From NCBI RefSeq assembly GCF_004010195.1, contig NC_057758.1:7747510-7811509 (forward strand): DNA of 64,000 bases, read 5' to 3'. A program made the translations under genes and the position numbers. Origin of the DNA: Chiloscyllium plagiosum (lineage: Eukaryota). Positions 11,870-25,571 of the stretch are shown here, in pieces (position 1 is the first letter of the stretch; each line of letters starts with the position of its first letter). The notes beneath the pieces are model-generated. The model saw only the letters and a program-made list of their open reading frames with translations. It ran no database searches and was not told the DNA's origin.

Positions 11870-13860
11870 GGTTGAAAGGAAAGGCTGGTAGGTGTTGGGG
11901 ATGTGGGATGACGAAAGAACCAGAGGGTTTTTGTTCAAAAAAGAAGGAAGCATATGCCAGGTATAGACTTGATAGATCGAAATAAAACTTCGAAGAGTCT
12001 CAAGGCAGGAGGAGTATACTTAAGAGGGAAAGGAGGAGGAGCTTTGGCAAATAGATTTAAGGAGAATCCAAAATGATTTTATAAATTCAGTGAAGATAAA
12101 AGGAAACTGCGGAGAGATCAGAGCCCCTCAAAGCGACCTTTGTGTGGGGATGCACGAGATGGGCGAGATAGTAAACGAGTATTTCAAATCAGTGTTTATT
12201 GTGAAAAAGGATGTGGAAGATACAAAATGTTGGGAAATCGATGGCGCCGCCTTGAAATATGCCCCTAATACAGAGGATAAAGTGCTGTATGACATGAACA
12301 CACAAAAAGGATAAATCTCCAGGAACAGATCAGGTATACCGCCAACTCTGTGCGAAGCTGGGTAAATGATTGCTGGGCCCATTGCTGAGATATTTCTATG
12401 GTCGAAAGGTACAGGTGAGGTGCGAGAAGATTGGAGGCTGGTTATCGAGGTGCCACTGTTTAAGAAGGGTGGTAAGGAAAAGCCAGGGAACTGTAGACCC
12501 AGAGACCCTGACGTCAGTGGTGTGCAGGTGGTTGGACGTCATCCCGACGGGTAGGTTGTGCGTGTATTTAGAAAGGCAATGGCTGATTAGGTATCGTCAA
12601 CATGGCTTTGTGTGTGGGAAATCATGTCTCACATACTTGATTGACTTTTTTCAAGAAGTAACGAAGAAGATTGATGAGGGCAGAGTAGGGGACGTGATCT
12701 GTATGGGCTTCAGTAAGACATTCGACAAGGTTCCCCATGGGAGGCTGGTTAGCAAAGTGAGATCTCAAGGAATACAGGGAGAACTAGCCATCTGGACACA
12801 GAACTGGCTCAACGGTAGAAGATAGGTGGTTGGTTTTCCGACTTGAGGCCTGTGGAGTGTCAGAAGGATCGGTGCTAGGTCCACTATGTTTCCACTTTTA
12901 TATAAATGATTTAGATGTGAGCAGAAGCGGTATATTTAGTAAGTCTGCAGATGACAACAAATTTGGAGATATAGTGGACAGCGAGGGAGGTTACGTCAGA
13001 TTACAACGGGATGTAGATGAGAAGGGCCAATTGGCTGAGAAGTGGCAGATGGAAATTAATATAGGTAAATGTGTGGTGCTACAATTTAGGAAAGCAAATC
13101 TTCGCAGGACTTATACAATTAAAGATTAGGTCCCAGGGAGTGTTGGTGAATAAATAGACCTTGGAGTGCAGGTTCATAGCTCCTTGAATATGCAGTCGCA
13201 GTTGGATATGATAGTGATGAAGGCGTTTGGTATGCTTTTCTTTATTGGTCAGAATATTGACTGCATGGGTTCGGGTGTCTTCTTGGAGCTGTACAGTACA
13301 TTGGTAAGACCACTTTTGGAATATTTCGTGCAATTCTGCTTTCCTTCCTATTAGGCGAATTTTGTGAAACTTGAAGGGTTCAGAAAAGATTTATAAGGAC
13401 GATGAAAAGGTTGGGAGATTTGGCCTCTAGGGAGAGGTAGAATAGGCTGGGGCTATATTCCCTGGAACGTCGGAGACTGAGGAGTGACCTTATAGACGTT
13501 ATAAGGGGCATGGATAGGATTACTAAGCAAAGTCTCTTCCCTGGGTGGTGGGAGTCTAGAAGCAGAGGGAATACGTTTAGGATGAGAGGGGAAAGATAGA
13601 AAAGAGACCTCATAGGGATCGTTTTCACGCAGAGGTTGGTACGTGCATGGAATGAGCTGCCAGATGAAGTGGTGGAGGTTAATCCAATTGCAACATTTAT
13701 TTGGCATCTGGATGCGTACATGAATAGGAAGAGTTTGGAGGGATATGGGCCGGGTGATGGTAATGTGAATCTAGATTGGGTTGGGATATCTGGTCTGCAT
13801 GGACGAGTTGGACAGAAGAGTCTGTTTCCGTTCTGTAAAATACTTTGACCCTATTACTCA
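11870..13860 (+). mobile_element. Decayed CR1 ORF2 (RT through 3' UTR)
   Basis: EDWRLV..VPLFKKG, QHGFVCGKSCLT, FSKTFDKVPH, YINDLD, LVRPLLEY and AWNELP spread over frameshifted ORFs. Confidence 0.9.
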
Positions 13861-14445
13861 ATAAGTAATCATTCTCCTGCGATTTTTATCTCAGCTCTGG
13901 CCCAGACATTTCAGCAGTTCCATCTTGATCTCTCTTGAAAAAAAAGACAAATAAACCTTGTTAAAAGAGCAGTTTCACCACAAAACATCAGACAACCAGT
14001 GCACAAAACTCCTGTAATGTATATGTCAGTAAATATCAAAAAGAATGATTCAGATGCTACTCTACTGACTAAGGGTGTCAGCAGTTTCTGTCTATTGTTC
14101 GGTTTTCTTGAAATTTATTTCTGTGCTTGTTTTATTTGTGAGTGAGCAAAGGCGTTGGTGAGAAATCGGGAAAAGTCTGGTTGATTTGTAGATCGATAAC
14201 ATGATTCCTTCAGCGCTGTATATCCCAATTCTGACTCTTTCTTTTTACATGTTCCATGCATTTAATATTCGGTTTTAATAACAATCCAACAGATTACCTA
14301 GTAATGTTTCTTCCCAAGTGTCAGCTCCACAAAAGTATCAGATGATTTTCTCTCAATTTCACGAATCATATGTGTTGATTGTCTTTCTCTCTCCCTCACT
14401 ACTGTGTTCATTCCTAGCCCGAAAGGCTGATATATATAATCACAG

Positions 14446-15173
14446 GATTCAGACAATCTCAAACGTCATTCCGTTTATTGGATCTCTATTATCAAAGAAT
14501 TTTGAACACGAAACAGCAGCATTTACACTGGGCACGAACACACCCACACTGCGTGTGTAACAATCTACTAGCATCTAATCGAAATGTCAAAACATCAGTG
14601 CAGCCACAGGAGGAAGGCACACTGGATTGCCAGAAGGAAATTCTTACCAACCCAGCAGGAAATCCCAGTGGGAGAAGTTGGCCACCTGCTGTTCGTGTGA
14701 AAACCGTTTCACTCAGACAACACACCTGTTAGCACATATATTGCTTCGTAGTGGGAAGAAAGCATTCAGCTGATGTGAATGTAGGAAGGGCTTCACACAG
14801 TCATTTTTCTGGATGAGACAGCAGTCAGCTCAAATTGGGGAAAACCATTCACTTTCTCTGAATAGGGAAAGAGATTCACTGTGTCTGCCCACCTGCTGAG
14901 ATGCCATCGAGTTCACATGGAGACACCGTTCACTTGCGCCATGTGTGGGAAAAGATTTACACAGTTATTCAACTTGCTAAAACACCAGAAAGTTCAAACC
15001 AGAGAGGGACCCTTCACCTGTCCTGTGTGTGGGAGGGATTCTCTCAATCATCCTGCCTGCTGAGACGCCAATGGGAAGACTCACAATGAGGAGAGACCAT
15101 TCAGCTGCTCTGAGCGTGTGAAGGCTTTAAGTCAGCCATCCAGGCTTCAGATACACCAACAGACTCACAAATA
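14446..15173 (+). pseudogene. C2H2 (Kruppel-type) zinc-finger gene exon with about 6 degenerate fingers
   Basis: PFTCAMCGKRFTQLFNLLKHQKVQTREGPFTCPVCG and EERPFSCSE...LQIHQQTHK*; TGEKP-like linkers; in-frame stops, frameshifts and lost Cys/His; candidate acceptor cacag at ~14445. Confidence 0.85.
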
Positions 15174-16489
15174 ACCAGAGCTCAAGTATTCTTTTTGCTG
15201 TTCATACCAAGTAATTAGTAATGGTCTTTGACAGTTTAATTGTTAGAGACTATCCATCGGAACAGTGTGTGAACAGATGTTTTCAATTTCCTCAGGATAG
15301 GTTCATCGTACATGAGTTTGCAGGGATTTTGACATCCAAACCATACTTTATCAGCACCACCACTTGGTTATCATTTGGGAATAATAAGAAAAATACTATC
15401 ATTTTCCTTTATGTTGAACACATGGTGATCAAATTTATCTAATCATTCTAAGGGAGAATCGTTTATTTGTAGGGCTCTCCGTCTCTCCAAATTTCTCCAT
15501 CCTCACCTCCAACAGGGCAATAAACTCATGGAGTTACTTTGTGAGGAGGAATTCGACAATTTGAATTCTTTTGCCTCCTTCTGCCAACCTTCATCAAATT
15601 GTCTCTTAAAATCGCCTCTCTGAAGTTGTGATATTACATTATTTTTGCTCGTATTTACTTCTTGTCCGATCAGCAATCATGCAACTGTGTATAACTTCTT
15701 GCATGTCGGGCCTACAATGTAAGCGTTTCGCACTTTTCTTCCATCAACAGCAATAGAATTGTTCGCCAACAAAATGAGCAAACTGAGAACCTGGCATATT
15801 CCCCGACTTACCTATTACTTTCAAATCAGAGGACCTACAAGGTTCAATTGAGAATCCAGGATGGCATGCCAGAAACAGCCGCATGAAAACCTAACAATGA
15901 GATGTCAACCTGGTGAAGTTACTAAAGAGGACATGTTTGGCAAACAGTATATCAGCAAGTCAAAGATAGAGCTAAGCAATCCAGTGAATAATAGAACAGA
16001 GCAGAGAATTGCAGCCAATCCACACCAAATTGTTAATGACGTTAAGCCACAGCTGGAGTTCTGAGAACAGTTCCATTCATCATATGACGAGATTAATTCT
16101 CGTAAAACGCAAGTTCATTTCATATCCATATATTTACAGTCAATGTTCATTTAACCAAATGTAGCTGATGAAGATAAATGTAACCTACAACGGATTGCAA
16201 CAGTGAAGACATCTGAACTTTTTTTCAACAAATTAAAATCTGTTGTCTTTAGATAATAATTTAAAACAATATTTTGGTAAACTCCTCACAAAGTAAGGTG
16301 ACTTCAGTATAATGGAAGCAGTTGGTTGGTGAGTAGATGGTAAATCTTCATTTTTATTTGAAGTCAATTTTGGTTTTGTCAATAAATAAGATTCCTGGTC
16401 CAAAAGATGCACACCGAGTTCCATGTGGAAAATCCAGGACACTCTCGGTATCAAGGACAAGCACAACAGCAGGGATTTAACTCAGGAAT

Positions 16490-16920
16490 TGTGGTAAATA
16501 TTAGCTTGACCACAGCTGAAGTACTGCGCTCAGTTCTGGTCCACACATTCCAGGATCAATGTGATCCCACCTGACTTGGTGCAAAGCAGATTGATGAGGA
16601 GGTTTTTACGATTGGAGAATTTCCTCTCTGAGGAAATATTGGAGGGGTTTTAAGAGGAGGCTGAGGTGAGATTTAATTTAATTGATAAATTGATGAAGAG
16701 TCCAGATAGAACGGATAGGAAGGAACAATTCATTTACAGAATGGTCAGTAACTCTAGGTATCAGGTTAAACGTCGTTCATCGAAAGAGAGTCGGGGAGAA
16801 ATCATTTCATGCAGAGATGGTGGGAGCTGGAATTCTGTCGCAGGGGATGTTAGAGGCAGAACATCTCATCTCATGTAAATAAGAGCACATGGATGCATCA
16901 GGAATGCTGGAATATTAGAA
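16490..16920 (+). mobile_element. Highly decayed CR1 3' fragment
   Basis: gaccacagctgaagtactgcgctcagttctggtccacac corresponds to the RPQLEYCVQFWSP motif. Confidence 0.6.
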
Positions 16921-16959
16921 GCATGAACAAAGATCTACAGGATGGGGTCAACATGTTTG

Positions 16960-17265
16960 AAGTGAACCAGCATCCGAGGGGTAGGAAAATCGACGCTTCG
17001 GGCAACAAAAAACTCTTCACCAGGAATGGGGCTGGGAGCCTCAGGGATATAGAGATGAATGGGAAGGGGATCTGGCTGGTTGAAGTCAGCTGAGAGTGCA
17101 AGAGGTGAATGGAGGTGAGTTTAAATGTGATGGTAGAGCGGATAGGTGGAAATGAAGATGAACAGTTGGGATGGCTCATGACGATGGAGCTGAGCTGGAA
17201 GGTTCGAAGTGGGGTGGGGTGTGGGGAGGAGAAACAAGAAAACTAGCGAAATTCACATTGATAGC
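16960..17265 (-). mobile_element. PLE 3' terminal fragment with a decayed hammerhead
   Basis: Reverse complement reads attcctggtgaagagtttttgttgcccgaagcgtcgattttcc and resembles 55660-56050. Confidence 0.7.
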
Positions 17266-20008
17266 AAGCTGCACGTGATCTCTCTGGGTGGTCCATACGG
17301 TGTGAAGAAAGGTACTAACTCCTGAACCACAATTTTTGCTTTGATACCCCATAATGGAATTGCTTCTGGACAATTGGTTGACACATCCATTATGGTTAAC
17401 AAGTGCTGTTTCCCAATTTTAGTGCTCTGCAGGGGACCTAAACAATTAATTATATACCGCGGAAAAAGTTAATCAAATGCTGGAATCGGCAGTAATGGTG
17501 TTGGTTTTATTGTCACGTTTGGTTTACCAATTATTTCGCATGTATGACACGTTCTGCGCAAATGAACTAACTCCTGCTGCAAATAAAAATGTTTTTTTCA
17601 CTTTACGCTGGGTCATTGGTACCCTTGAGTGATTTCCTGCAGGTAGTTCATGCTCTACCCGTAACATCTCTTGTATGTATTCTGCCAGCAATACAATCTG
17701 TTGCACTTCAGTGCATCTCTCCTCTGCACTAACTTGTGGTCTTCATTTCTGGCCTAGGATTTTTTTTTATTTCAGGTTCTAATCCTCCGGAATAAGCCAT
17801 GCCTTATTCGTGGAGTACACTTCCACGTATGTATTTTTTATCGTCTTGTCTTGCTCTTACAAGTCTTTCAGTCTTTCAGGACTAGGCACTTCTGTCTGAC
17901 CTCTTCCAATTCAGATTTGTACTGAACCATTACTCCAAACAGGATATCCGCTAAGTGAACATCAACTCCTTTATCTTTATCTTTACTTTTCGCATTGTGC
18001 TGTAACTGATGATAGTGGGATCTGGAAACCACACAGTCTGGGGAAAAAAAGCAGGATATTTCTGTTTTGACTCCATGGTTTCTTGGTCCTTCTTAGGATT
18101 CACCAAAACAACGCATGCCACTCCCACCTTAGAACCTGCCAAATCATTTCCAGGATACACTGAATTCATTTAACTGACACTCTGTCGATTACTCCCACTG
18201 GAACTTCCCTACCTTGATTTGGCACTCCAACCTGATCTTATACAGTGGAACGCTAAATTTCTGTTCACCTTGCTCACACATTACCACACTGTCAAGTAAC
18301 AAATCAGAAAGAGTGCATGTTTATTCAACCAAGTGTATCAGCGACTGGTTAAATCCTGTATCTCTCAAAACTATAACGTCTTGTCCTCGTCTTACGGTGC
18401 TTTCTGAGTTAACATTACCCACAAAGATAATTCTTTGTAAAGATCAGGTACTAACTCCATACCCGCCCTGTCCAGATTGTGCAATCTCCTGCAGCTCCAC
18501 GGATTTTCTTTGGGTCTCTTTTGGGAGTTTCACGAAGCCACTGGCTTAGTTTATTTTATCATGTCTTTTTCCACAGCGCCCTTTTTGACGACCAGCACTG
18601 TGACTTTACCTGTTCCACTTTACCACAGTGGAAGCATCTGGGGGCTTTCCTTTCATTTCCACCATCTTGGGTTTCTCTTCTATCCTGTGGTAACCTCTTA
18701 CGAGTATTATCTACTCTTGAATTCGTAGTATAGAACATCATCTTCTTCCAACTTCTATCCCTCACAGGATGGACTTCTGGCCAGAAGGATGTTTTATGCA
18801 CCAACGTGCACTCATCTGCTGATTCTTCTGCCCTTCTCACTTCCTCACCTTTCCGTTCCACCATGTGAATTCTTACCATCTTGGATGTTTGTTGTTTTAA
18901 ATCTTCCCCAGCAGAATATTCTGTTTTAGAGCCTCAAAGATCTTATATATTTGTTAATACATGCACTCAACGATCAAAATGACAGTGTTTAATTTCTTCG
19001 AGCTCAATAAAAGTTTAACCTGGCTACATCTTCTGTTTCTGCATCGCATTGTATATGTTTCTGGTTCCAAATTACAAACTCTTAAAATAGCCTGTTTTAC
19101 ATCTTCAAAATCTCTTGACACTCATTTAACAGCATAGCAAATGCTTTACGAGTTCTGCCGACCATTTCGTCTGAACTTGCCTTACCCATCAATCCTCGGA
19201 CCACTCCATCTGCACAGCCAATTTTCCAAATGAAATAATGAACGCTTCAATATCTTTCTCATCAAAATGTGCCAACGTATTTGTACGTATCACTGCATGC
19301 TCTTTTAATCTCCATCCTGTTATATTGATTTTGTTGACTAAGTCACAATTTCTCAAGTTCAAGCTCGCTGTCGTTTTGTCTCGCCCCTTCTTCTCTCTCT
19401 TCGCCTCTTCTTTTGTCTCCCTTTCTCTCTCTCTCTCCTTTTGCTCTCTGTCTTTAGTCAGCAAAGAGTTTTCTCTACTTTTCCCCTTTCTCTCGTCTCT
19501 CTTTCTTCCTCTATCTCTTTATCTCTCTCTTCCCGTGCTCTCTTCATTTATCTTCTAACTCAATTTCCCTCAATTGTAAATTACGTTTCTCTACCTCCAC
19601 TTTACTTGTCTGTTTCGCTGACACATTTAAGTGTTTCAGTAATTCTCGTACAATTTCAGCTTTAGTTTTTGTCCTTGGTGAAATCCAAATCTAATTCCTT
19701 TGCTAATTCTAAAAGCATGGTCTTCCTCTTTCCTTCGCTACTTTATTGGCAAATTTGGGAGTCATCTTTAAATCCAAGGAGCTCTTTAGCAATTTTAAGA
19801 GACATTTCTCTCACTTCTAATTTAATCATCCGTAAATCACCGAAATTAACAATTTGTCTCACCTACGTTTTATTTATAGATCTAAAACATTAACCTGCAT
19901 ATGCTTAAATCTGCTGGGATTTTTTGTACCCCCCAATCAATTTAAATCTGTTTAAAAGTTAAAATCAGATTTACAAACTAGTTAAATCGAGAAAAAAGCC
20001 CCCAATCC

Positions 20009-20034
20009 GTTCAAATCCCGACGATGCACCGCCA
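20009..20034 (-). promoter_or_regulatory. Primer-binding site, tRNA-Pro-like
   Basis: Minus strand TGGCGGTGCATCGTCGGGATTTGAAC, 3 nt after the LTR end; resembles TGGGGGCTCGTCCGGGATTTGAAC. Confidence 0.6.
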
Positions 20035-20037
20035 GAA

Positions 20038-20730
20038 CGTTACGACACGGGAGAAAACCTCCTGCTTATTTTAAACCAGCAGCACGGTAACGATTTATCC
20101 TGTGCAGTAATGTGCGAAAATTCGCGATTCCAAGAAGTATTTAAAGTTTACGTAACAACTTTACGTAAAGTTTACGTAATAACAGAGAATAATTAACTAA
20201 CTACTGTTTACAACTCCTTCCTGTCACCTATCTTTGACCACCCTCTTCTACAATAGTAGTGCAATAAAAACACCCGATTAATTTTTTTTAATCAAGTTTT
20301 CCAATCCTGCCAGTTGTCGATTCCACTCTTCCTCAGCATTCTTTTCTTCTTCTTATGGATTCCTGTATTACAGATTACTTGCTGATAAACGTACTAATTC
20401 TCCGGTCAGTCTGCATATAGTGGTGGCTTGTCGGTACTCCACCCACCTGTTCACTTTTCTCCAGACTTAAACCCGACAAAACATCAGATTGTGGCATTGG
20501 CGTTTGACAATGTCAATGTGCTAAATTCAAATTTGATAGGAGTTTGGTATTTTCGCGGTATGATTTGAACTGGTTGGCCTAATTCGAATCTGTTTTGTCG
20601 TTTTCCCTGGCTTCCCGACTTATGACATAAAGTTTACATTACATCTTGTTCAGAATATTTGGTACTGCATCAAGTAATTCGGCTAGTTTTTAACTCTGTA
20701 TCATTACACGACACCCAAATCTTCATAACA
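20038..20730 (-). repeat. 5' LTR (~690 bp) of the Gypsy element
   Basis: Minus strand begins TGTTATGAAG and ends ...TCGTAACG (degenerate TG...CA), directly before the PBS. Confidence 0.75.
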
Positions 20731-20989
20731 CAAGTGGTTTAAATTGTGCAGCAAAATACCAAACCGAAATCAAAGTTGAAAGGAGTATTTGGTCAATACT
20801 AACACCCATGAAATGATCGTATACTTTGGTATATAAAACCAAAAACAAATTGAACGGTTGGAAGAAAACTACCAATCCACTGGCATATGCAGACAAACTG
20901 GAGAATACCCCTCGTTAAGGTACCTTTATCTATCAATGACCTGTGAAACAGAAATGCCTATGAATATGAAAGGAAGACAGAAAAATGTC

Positions 20990-21282
20990 CAAAGAGAAGA
21001 GTCGACATCTATCTAGTTTTGAAATGTGATTTCTATTTTTGGAAGATCCTAATTGTGGGTTTTATCGTACTAGTAGAGGGGAAGGTAAAAAAAAAGTGAG
21101 AGAAAGTAGTTGAAAATAGTAGTTAGTTTATATTCTATATTAGACTTAAAGAATATAGTTTTTTTTCCTTATACTGTTGCTTAATTGGCCTCTCATATTT
21201 TAACAGATTACCGCATGGGGTAATCCTTTTCTGTGTTGAGGTTTTAAATTATCGGGAAGGGGACTACCCCGTATCGTAAAAA
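20990..21282 (+). repeat. Partial LTR related to the 20038-20730 LTR, opposite orientation
   Basis: ...agtagttagttt...cagattaccgcatggggtaatcctttt...ttttaaatta...ccccgtatcgtaa resembles the reverse complement of 20040-20280. Confidence 0.55.
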
Positions 21283-21598
21283 TCTCCTTCGTACCTGCTC
21301 CAGGGCAATCACATTCTTTCTTATTACGATGATCAGAACAATGTTCAGGTCTCCAGCTATAGCTGAAGCCATATTCTGTACAACTCCAATATGATATTCC
21401 TATTCTAATAATCTATAGAACATTTGATCGGTTCAGGTGCCCACGTACCTTCTTAAATATACCTTTAACCTTCCGTGCCACATTCATGGAACCATGGGGC
21501 AAGCACCCCAAAATTGCTCTGTGCATCAGAGCAAAAGTGCATTGCCATTCGTTTAGTAACACACTTCTTATTCCTTCTTCCAAATTGCGTGACAGCAT

Positions 21599-22150
21599 TG
21601 TTATGAAAATGGGTAGGACCCCTCAAAATATTTTAAGATGGAAGTCTGGACCCTCTATTTATCTCATTTTGGAGACTGATGTGAAGTGGGTGTTCCAGGT
21701 GTGATGCAGCTGATAAAACCATTTGGCTTCAAGCCAAGTAGAATATAGTTAAACAGTACAGTTGAATTACGAGCACAAAACTTGGAACTTAGAATAACCT
21801 AACGATTGGAAAGCTTAACCGCCTCGGCACAGTACCTGATAGTACTTAACTGTTTCAATAAAGTATCATCCCAAAAAAAAGGTCAATTTCGAACGCAAAT
21901 TATTCCAGGCAGGATGGAGCATTATCGAGAGAGAGATCTCAGAAAAAAGTCAGACGAATTCTTTATTGATGCTCACAAGTTCACTGCACGGACATGTCTT
22001 ATTTCTGCTACAGCAAAAACAAACTTGGCAACCTGAACTGGGAGAATTGACCACACCAATTCCCTTGTTAACCTAGACAATTCTACACCTCTGACGTGAC
22101 TAAAACCCTTTTTATAAAGGACAATATAAAACTTATTAAAGTGAGAGCAT
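21599..22150. repeat. Probable solo or partial LTR of another family
   Basis: Starts TGTTATGAAA, like the LTR termini nearby; noncoding. Assignment by resemblance only. Confidence 0.35.
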
Positions 22151-22516
22151 TTTATGGATGCAAATTCGACGTGCTGCTGATCTGCCCAGCTGAAAAAAAT
22201 GTTTATGTCTTCCTCACTGTCAAAACATATTGCATTATTTAGTGTTAGAAAGTTTGTGGATCTCGCAAAGGAAATAAATAAGCATTTTATATGCCAAAAA
22301 ATGATGATTCCATAATTTCAGAATTCATTTGCATTTTAAAACTTATCAAATGCATCCTGTTTTCCACCCAGGGACGTGATTGTGATTAAACCCTCATGTT
22401 CAAACATTTGCATGTTGCACTGGAGACGGACATGTATTTCATCATCTAAGGAAGTGCACAATCAAAGTCAATGCAATTCTGATGCACAATTTCTCTGTTC
22501 ATTCCGACTGTCACAG

Positions 22517-23545
22517 TCAACATACTGAAGAATGTGACACTGTGTCAGAAAAGGTGTGGTCTCCCCAATGTGTCACACGATACATAGTTGCCTATGTAAG
22601 TGACGGACCAACTTGCCATGTCAGTGACGGACCAATTCTCTTCGACTTGGTGTTGAAAAATGTGGTGCTGGAAAAACACAGCAGGCCAGGCAACATCCGA
22701 GGAGTAGGAGAATCGAGGTTTCGGGCATATGACCGAAACGTCGATTCTCCTGCTCCTCGGATGCTGCCTGCCTGCTGTGTTTTTCCCGCACCACATTTTT
22801 CAACTCTGGTACTCCAGCATCTATAGTCCTCACTTTCTCCTACTCCTCTGCGACTTGGTGCTAAGACACATTCTATTCGTCGAAAGAGAACAATTTCCTT
22901 TCTTTGAGATGATTCCCATGTGTACAATACATGCTGTACTGTTATATGCAGCCACAGATGCATCTGTCTGGTTTACTGTTGCTTTCACGTTTGACCGATT
23001 GTAACCATCCGCTGTAGGAAGTGGTAGAGTACATATTTCAGCGTGGAGGTAGCACATGTGGAAACCCCCTTGGTTTTGTATCATGGAACAGGATACTCAA
23101 TTGTCTCTGGTACTTGCAACACATTCTATCATTGGCGTTTCCATTTGTGCTAATTCTGCTATTCAATGTTTTCGCCATCAAACAGGTTTTAATGATCACC
23201 CGCACCCACACCAGTAACAGGCTCCAATCTCATAGATCTTGGAAATCTCATACAGATGCAGCAGGAGAGAGCTGAAGACAATCTGCTGTTTTCAAATTTT
23301 TCATTTCAGGAACTTTCTTCTTCTTACGTGTACTATTTATGATATTCTGTTTGTGGAGACAATTTATAATTTGTGTTACAGGACTGAACATTAACTTTAC
23401 TTTGTGCTTGAATTGAGCTTTGTGTTTGAGCTGTTGCGAATCTTTTCCTGCTGTACCAATACTTGAGTTCATGTTGTTATTCAAAGTTCAGAGAACTCAA
23501 AAATATCTTTAAATACCCCTTCACTTTAGTTTTTCTGTTCATTTT
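22517..23545 (+). pseudogene. GPR139-like class A GPCR, main (second) exon, disrupted
   Basis: Acceptor cacag|TC AAC; VNIL...RCGL..CVTRYIVA, CTIHAVLLYAATDASVWFTVAFTFDR, FPFVLILLFNV, ISGTF, SCCTN and KFRELKNIFKYPF; stops, frameshifts, apparent TM4 deletion and a 198-bp insertion. Confidence 0.85.
22653..22850. mobile_element. Fold-back PLE mini-element with a 10-bp TSD (CGACTTGGTG at 22643-22652 and 22851-22860)
   Basis: Inverted arms of ~75 bp (22652-22728 / 22729-22804) centred on CATATG within hammerhead stem II. Confidence 0.88.
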
Positions 23546-25571
23546 ACGCTGCAAATTACAAAATCATTCGAAGGCAAGAAGGCCTTCTCAATACATTTCA
23601 TTTCCTGGTCTGTATAAAAAATGGGAAGTTGCTGTCGTGTTCTCCACATGGTAAAGCGTTCTCGCAAGGATCATCTTCACCGGGACGTGGGTGTCATTAT
23701 GATCATGTCATAATTTGAGACCTGCTTCCATGATGACACCAGTGTTGCCTGAGATTCATCTTCTGTAGTGTTGTTGATTACTCCTGGCAGAGTGAGTAAC
23801 GAGATGTGCTGATTTTCTTTCGCCGAAAATCCCCAAAGTATGCTGGGTCAAAATATTTAGAATCAGCCCACGTGGTTAGCATCAACTGTGGCTCTGCATT
23901 CGACCAATCTGCTTTCGAACAGTAAAACCTCAAATCTTAACTCAAGGATCGAATGGAGGGGGTTCTTTCTTTCTTCGATTCTTCTTACCCCATTTTGCAC
24001 TTCAAATCTGCACATTTAATTTGATGATTAAATTTGCATTCACAGTCTTAATTCAACCTACAGTGCTGATGATCTCCAGTAGCACACATGCCATCTTACT
24101 CATTCCCTTCATGAAGAAATATTGTGTGATCATGCAAACATTATTTGTTTTCTCACTCATTTAATGTGTGCCCCAGGCGTCACCATCCATGAGTCAATGA
24201 AAGTTGTTCCACCATATATCATGCAAGTTTCCCATCCCTGAAGTATTCTTATGAGTCCTTTTAAGTTTTCATAATTTCACACTCTTCCGAAAACACTGAA
24301 ACAAGAACTGCACTCAATCATTCATTGTGGTCGATCTATTGATTACGCTGGTATACCGAGTCCTCAGATAAACCAGCCTGACGTTTTTGCTTTCGAATTG
24401 GCACTGTTGAATCAAATGCACCTTGGAAAAGTCTCCAATCCTCCGTAAAATTGTCGACACTCAGAGAGCTGGAGTAAAAAACATAACCTGTGTAATTTCC
24501 ATTTTCAGAGTTGCTGAATAAACACTATCAGGTTTTGATTTATCATCAATTTTAAGACGGAAACATTCGCAATTGCTGTTCTCTTACAATTTCATTGCAT
24601 CATCTCTCCTCGTCTTACCGTTATATTTTCGAAGAGAACACAGAGGGAAACACTTTCTTTTCCCAATGAGAAACCATTTAATCAATCGCTTATTGATTTC
24701 TCCATGCTGCCATTCCTAAATCACCTCATTGTTCCTTATTCTGTATCGCTCATTTTATGTTTAAAAGTCTGCAAATGATACTTGTATTTCACGGTATATT
24801 GGTTTTAGTCTTTTCTTAATCTCCTTCATCAAACATTTATTTTTGACAACCAAACAGTGAATGATGGACTTGAGGCATTGTCAGATTCAAGGTTTCCTGC
24901 TGTTCTCAACAGCGTTCATCAAATAAAAATGTACCATGGACAATTTTGCAGTTGTGAGACAAAACTAAAGGCTGGACAGAGCTTTTTCTTTAATTACTGT
25001 CGTCATTGTCGTTTACATAATCTGTCTAGGCACGATGTACAACGATGTCACACAACTTTAGTTCCACGCTACCGATAAACCTTGCCTCAGTACCGTTATT
25101 ACTCTCAGTCATTCATTCCTTCTCTCAGACAATCACACCAACCGGCAAAATCCCTTTCCACATTTTCATGCTCTTTCTTTTATTGATTCAGATTTCCCCT
25201 GATTCCAGATCTCTGGACCCTTTCTCTTTCTTCAGTGTATCCATATCCGTGTATCGATAATTGATTCACTCTTCCTTGCAAATTGTTATTCTCTTCCTGC
25301 CTCTCTGTCTATCACACACTTGTTACTTTTTCACTCGTGAAGTGCGAATTCACTGGTTGGCTAGAATTTATTACAACTTGAAGTTACACTTGAGATAATG
25401 GTGCTGAACATAGTTTTTGAAAAGCTGCAGTCCACGTGCTGTAGTTTAACCCCATATATCTAGTGCCATTGAGTTTGTGGATGGTAGTGGTTATCAGTTT
25501 GTAATGTGCCTTTCAAGGATGTCTGGAAAATTTCGGTACTGAATCAATGTACTGATGATTCGAAGTTAAAA

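Larger units (their letters stand above)
17266..20730 (-). mobile_element. Gypsy LTR retrotransposon remnant, Gmr1-like order: 5'LTR-PBS-gag (capsid + zinc knuckle)-protease-integrase; RT/RNaseH and 3'LTR absent
   Basis: gag FDEKDIEAFIISFGKLAVQMEW; knuckle RCFHCGKVEQVKSQCW; protease VIVLRDTG (~18350-18385); integrase zinc-binding region QQIVLLAEYIQEMLRVEHELPAGNH and core PEAIPL...YGPPREI. Confidence 0.85.

Noticed and set aside
20146..20180. Triple TTTACGTAA repeat with a palindrome
   Set aside because: Small local slippage inside the LTR; no evidence of function.
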